A stretch of DNA of 18,210 nucleotides from Nitrososphaeria archaeon (GTDB lineage Archaea > Thermoproteota > Nitrososphaeria > JACIWG01). The stretch's first letter is position 1. Each line of letters begins with the position of its first letter. This document shows positions 15,865 through 18,210 of this stretch, piece after piece. The notes under the pieces were generated by a model, which made no database searches, was not told where the DNA came from, and worked only from the letters and a program-made list of their open reading frames with translations. The position numbers were made by a program, and so were the translations under genes. The stretch covers positions 1 to 18,210 of the forward strand of contig CAVVXT010000015.1 of the NCBI GenBank assembly GCA_963752255.1. Reading direction: 5' to 3'.

Positions 15865-16638
15865 ATGAGCATAATAGATAGAATTAAAAGCTTGAAACTT
15901 GAAGGTAATCAGTTTGCCATATTCTGGTTAGGCCAAAACTCATACATAATTAAGATAACCCCCAGAACAAGTATCGCGATTGATCCATATCTTTCAAGGG
16001 ATAAAGACCACAGTTATGTTCATTCCAAGCCGCCAATAGAACCTGAAGATTTAAAAGTCGATTACATATTTTGCACCCATGATCATGGAGATCATACGGA
16101 CCGTACAGCCCTACCAATAATTGCCAAAAATCATTTAAAAACAATATTCTTAGGTCCTCGTGAGTCTTGCGAACATCTTGCGGATTTGGGTATCAACAGA
16201 GACCGCTTGATAGCACTCGAAGTTAATCGCCCCTATATCACAGAAGATTTTACAGCGACAGCGTACTACTCTATTCTACCTGGGAAAGCGGATACGACAC
16301 ATTTTGGCTATCTATTCCAAATTAAGAATTCAAAGATATACTTTATGGGAGACTCCGATAGAGAAATAGCGAAAGAACCTGAAGTACTCCTGACCCCTAT
16401 AAAGGAGGCGTCCCCGGATATCGCAATAGTACCAATAATAGGTGATGTAAAGGGAAGAATCCCCGAAGATGCATATATGGTTACCAAATTCATAAAACCA
16501 AAGATCGTTATCCCATGCCATTACGACTGCTTTGCCGATAGAACCGTAGACCCCAAAGAATTCGTCCGATTATTGGAAAGAAATCCAGATATAAAACTAG
16601 TTGTCATACCATATAAAGGATTTTACATATACGGGTAA
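15865..16638 (+). CDS. MBL-fold metallo-hydrolase, UlaG (L-ascorbate-6-phosphate lactonase)-like
   Basis: WLGQNSY, IDPYLS, THDHGDH (HxHxDH), YFMGDS and IPCHYD. Confidence 0.9.
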   Translation: MSIIDRIKSLKLEGNQFAIFWLGQNSYIIKITPRTSIAIDPYLSRDKDHSYVHSKPPIEPEDLKVDYIFCTHDHGDHTDRTALPIIAKNHLKTIFLGPRESCEHLADLGINRDRLIALEVNRPYITEDFTATAYYSILPGKADTTHFGYLFQIKNSKIYFMGDSDREIAKEPEVLLTPIKEASPDIAIVPIIGDVKGRIPEDAYMVTKFIKPKIVIPCHYDCFADRTVDPKEFVRLLERNPDIKLVVIPYKGFYIYG

Positions 16639-16718
16639 AATAACTCTTTCTAAATTCGACAGAGGCGGAAGATTTATATTGAACAGAGAGCAATTAACAA
16701 AATAGTTGAGGGCTTCGA

Positions 16719-17270
16719 ATGTCCAATTTTGGCTTCAAAACTATGGCTTTCACATTCAAGATTCGGGATTTCTTCAAACCGCGCAAGGACATTGTGAAGG
16801 AAGTGGGCATAAAAGAGGGGTTTCGTGTTCTAGATTATGGTAGTGGGTCGGGAAGTTACATACCAGTCATCTCTGAGTTGGTTGGAAGGTCAGGGAAGGT
16901 TTATGCTTTGGATATTCAGCCCCTTGCCATCGAGATGGTTAAGAATATCGTTGCAAAGAAACAGCTGAAAAATGTGGAGACAATTCTTTCCGACCGCAAG
17001 ACTGGACTACCAGACGATAACATGGACAGGGTCTTGTTATATGATGTCTTCCATGACTTGACAGACCCTGATGAAGTGTTAGAAGAACTTCATCGTGTGT
17101 TGAAGCCAGATGGAATCCTGTCTCTTAGTGACCATCACCTGAAAGAGAACGAGATAGTGTCAAGCTTGACGAAGACAGAGTCATTCACGCTTTTGCGGAA
17201 AGGACAAAAGACCTACAGCTTCATAAAAGCGACTGGAGGGAGAAGACAAGCTCAAACTACTATCAAATAG
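16719..17270 (+). CDS. Class I SAM-dependent methyltransferase (UbiE-like)
   Basis: VLDYGSGSG, GKVYALDIQP and ELHRVLKPDG. Confidence 0.92.
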   Translation: MSNFGFKTMAFTFKIRDFFKPRKDIVKEVGIKEGFRVLDYGSGSGSYIPVISELVGRSGKVYALDIQPLAIEMVKNIVAKKQLKNVETILSDRKTGLPDDNMDRVLLYDVFHDLTDPDEVLEELHRVLKPDGILSLSDHHLKENEIVSSLTKTESFTLLRKGQKTYSFIKATGGRRQAQTTIK

Positions 17271-17659
17271 ATTCCATATCACAAAACATATTTTACCTAT
17301 TCCTTTTGCATTTGTTCTTAACATGTAATATTGATGAAACCAAGAGGTAAAAGGATTTCTTTTCGTCTAATGGTGAGTCGCTAGGCTCTTGAACTTTTCG
17401 AAGTGTGGTTACTGTTGAATGATTTTGCTTTGGAGGAGAAATTTAAGAGATTATAGTCTGGTATGTTAAATTAAACTACCCAACACGAATAGTCTTTCCA
17501 TCATATACCTAAAATTTCTATTCCAACAAACAAAAACTGACGTCAAGTTTGTGATTTGTGGGAAAGGAGGCCGGATTGATAACAGCAGCCTATGCTGATA
17601 CTTGAGGTCTTTTGTTACGGGGGGCCTCTTAGTCTAAAATACAAGTATAAACACCCGCC

Positions 17660-17839
17660 AGAGACCTTGCCCGAGGTCTTGCCGATGATGAACGCCTCGG
17701 GGCGGCTCTCGGTGAGCGCGGCCACCGCCCGCTCCTCGTCCTCGGGGAACACCGCGTCGATGCTGTCCGGGAGCGCGCACTGCAGCATCGCCCGGACGAG
17801 CAGATCCTCCTCGATGACGACAATCCTGCCGGCGGCCAC
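17660..17839 (-). CDS. N-terminal part of an atypical response-regulator receiver-like domain, truncated at the GC junction
   Basis: GTG 17839 gives MAAGRIVVIEEDLLVRAML...AVAALTESRPEAFIIG, the receiver beta1-acidic pair...P-x-hhh pattern, with Gly at the expected phospho-Asp. Codon usage is high-GC in this frame. Confidence 0.6.
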
Positions 17840-18210
17840 CTCTTCTCCTGCTCGAAGCGCTTCCGGAGCTGCGCGATGCGGTCCTCGCTGAGGTCGCCCG
17901 AGATCTTGACGCGCGTCGAGTGCAGCCTCCCGGAGTCGAAATCGCGCGCGCTGACGTTCAGGATGCCGTCGGTGTCGACCTCGAAGGTCACGTCGATGTC
18001 GATGGTGCCGCGCGGCGCGGGCCGCAGGCCCCCGACCACCAGCTCGCCGAGGAAGGTGTTCTCCGCCACCTTGCGCGACTCGCCCTGGTAGATGCGGATC
18101 TTGACCTCGGTCTGGCCGTCCCGCGACGTCGAGAAGCGGCGCGTCTTCTCGACGGGGATGGCGGCGTTGCGGTCGATGATCGGCTCCATCATGCCGCCGG
18201 CCGCGGCGAT
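17840..18210 (-). CDS. Hsp70/DnaK-family protein, substrate-binding domain (5' part outside the window); short lid-less paralogue type
   Basis: IAAAGGMMEPIIDRNAAIPVEKTRRFSTSRDGQTEVKIRIYQGESR...LGE...APRG...DVTFEVDTDGILNVSARD. The frame is open to the window edge, and homology ends near KRFEQEKR with no stop there. Confidence 0.9.

Larger units (their letters stand above)
17660..18210. other. High-GC (~70%) bacterial-type segment joined abruptly to ~30-40% GC archaeal DNA
   Basis: Manual G+C counts: 46/60 at 17701-17760 and 38/60 at 17941-18000, versus 17/60 at 17461-17520. Third codon positions are nearly all G/C. Confidence 0.95.

Noticed and set aside
17592-18091. Plus-strand ORFs 17592-17891 and 17876-18091, and the Arg/Ser-rich tail of 17629-18192
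   Set aside because: Artefacts of stop-poor high-GC DNA; codon bias and motifs support only the minus-strand Hsp70 and receiver frames.

Overview
Bases 1 to ~17655 are low-GC archaeal DNA. BRE/TATA promoters, GGAGG/GGTG ribosome-binding sites, many TTG starts and the protein style suggest a TACK archaeon such as Bathyarchaeia (inference). This part is an accessory-looking patchwork of sugar and redox genes: the start of an aldo/keto reductase, an HpcH aldolase, a VOC protein, an L-fucose-isomerase-like gene, galK-galT, a Thr-stalked surface protein, a flavodoxin-like protein, a nitroreductase, an LLM oxidoreductase, a UlaG-like MBL hydrolase and four SAM methyltransferases. The ORF track misses several structures. 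(i) A ~495-bp methyltransferase duplication 10,001 bp apart; one copy is fused to, and appears to split, an HTH gene. (ii) A ~100-bp duplicated promoter/5'UTR; its orphan copy points antisense into a PH-like gene. (iii) A hidden 206-aa CxxC...CxxC protein broken at two A-runs. (iv) Single-base frameshifts in the isomerase and in galK. (v) Palindromes at two promoters. From ~17660 the sequence switches abruptly to ~70% GC bacterial DNA (Hsp70-like C-terminus plus a truncated receiver domain), most likely a chimeric join. I found no rRNA, tRNA, CRISPR array, transposase or integrase. I cannot demonstrate a complete new system; the best candidates are under findings. All family calls come from motif recognition, not database searches.
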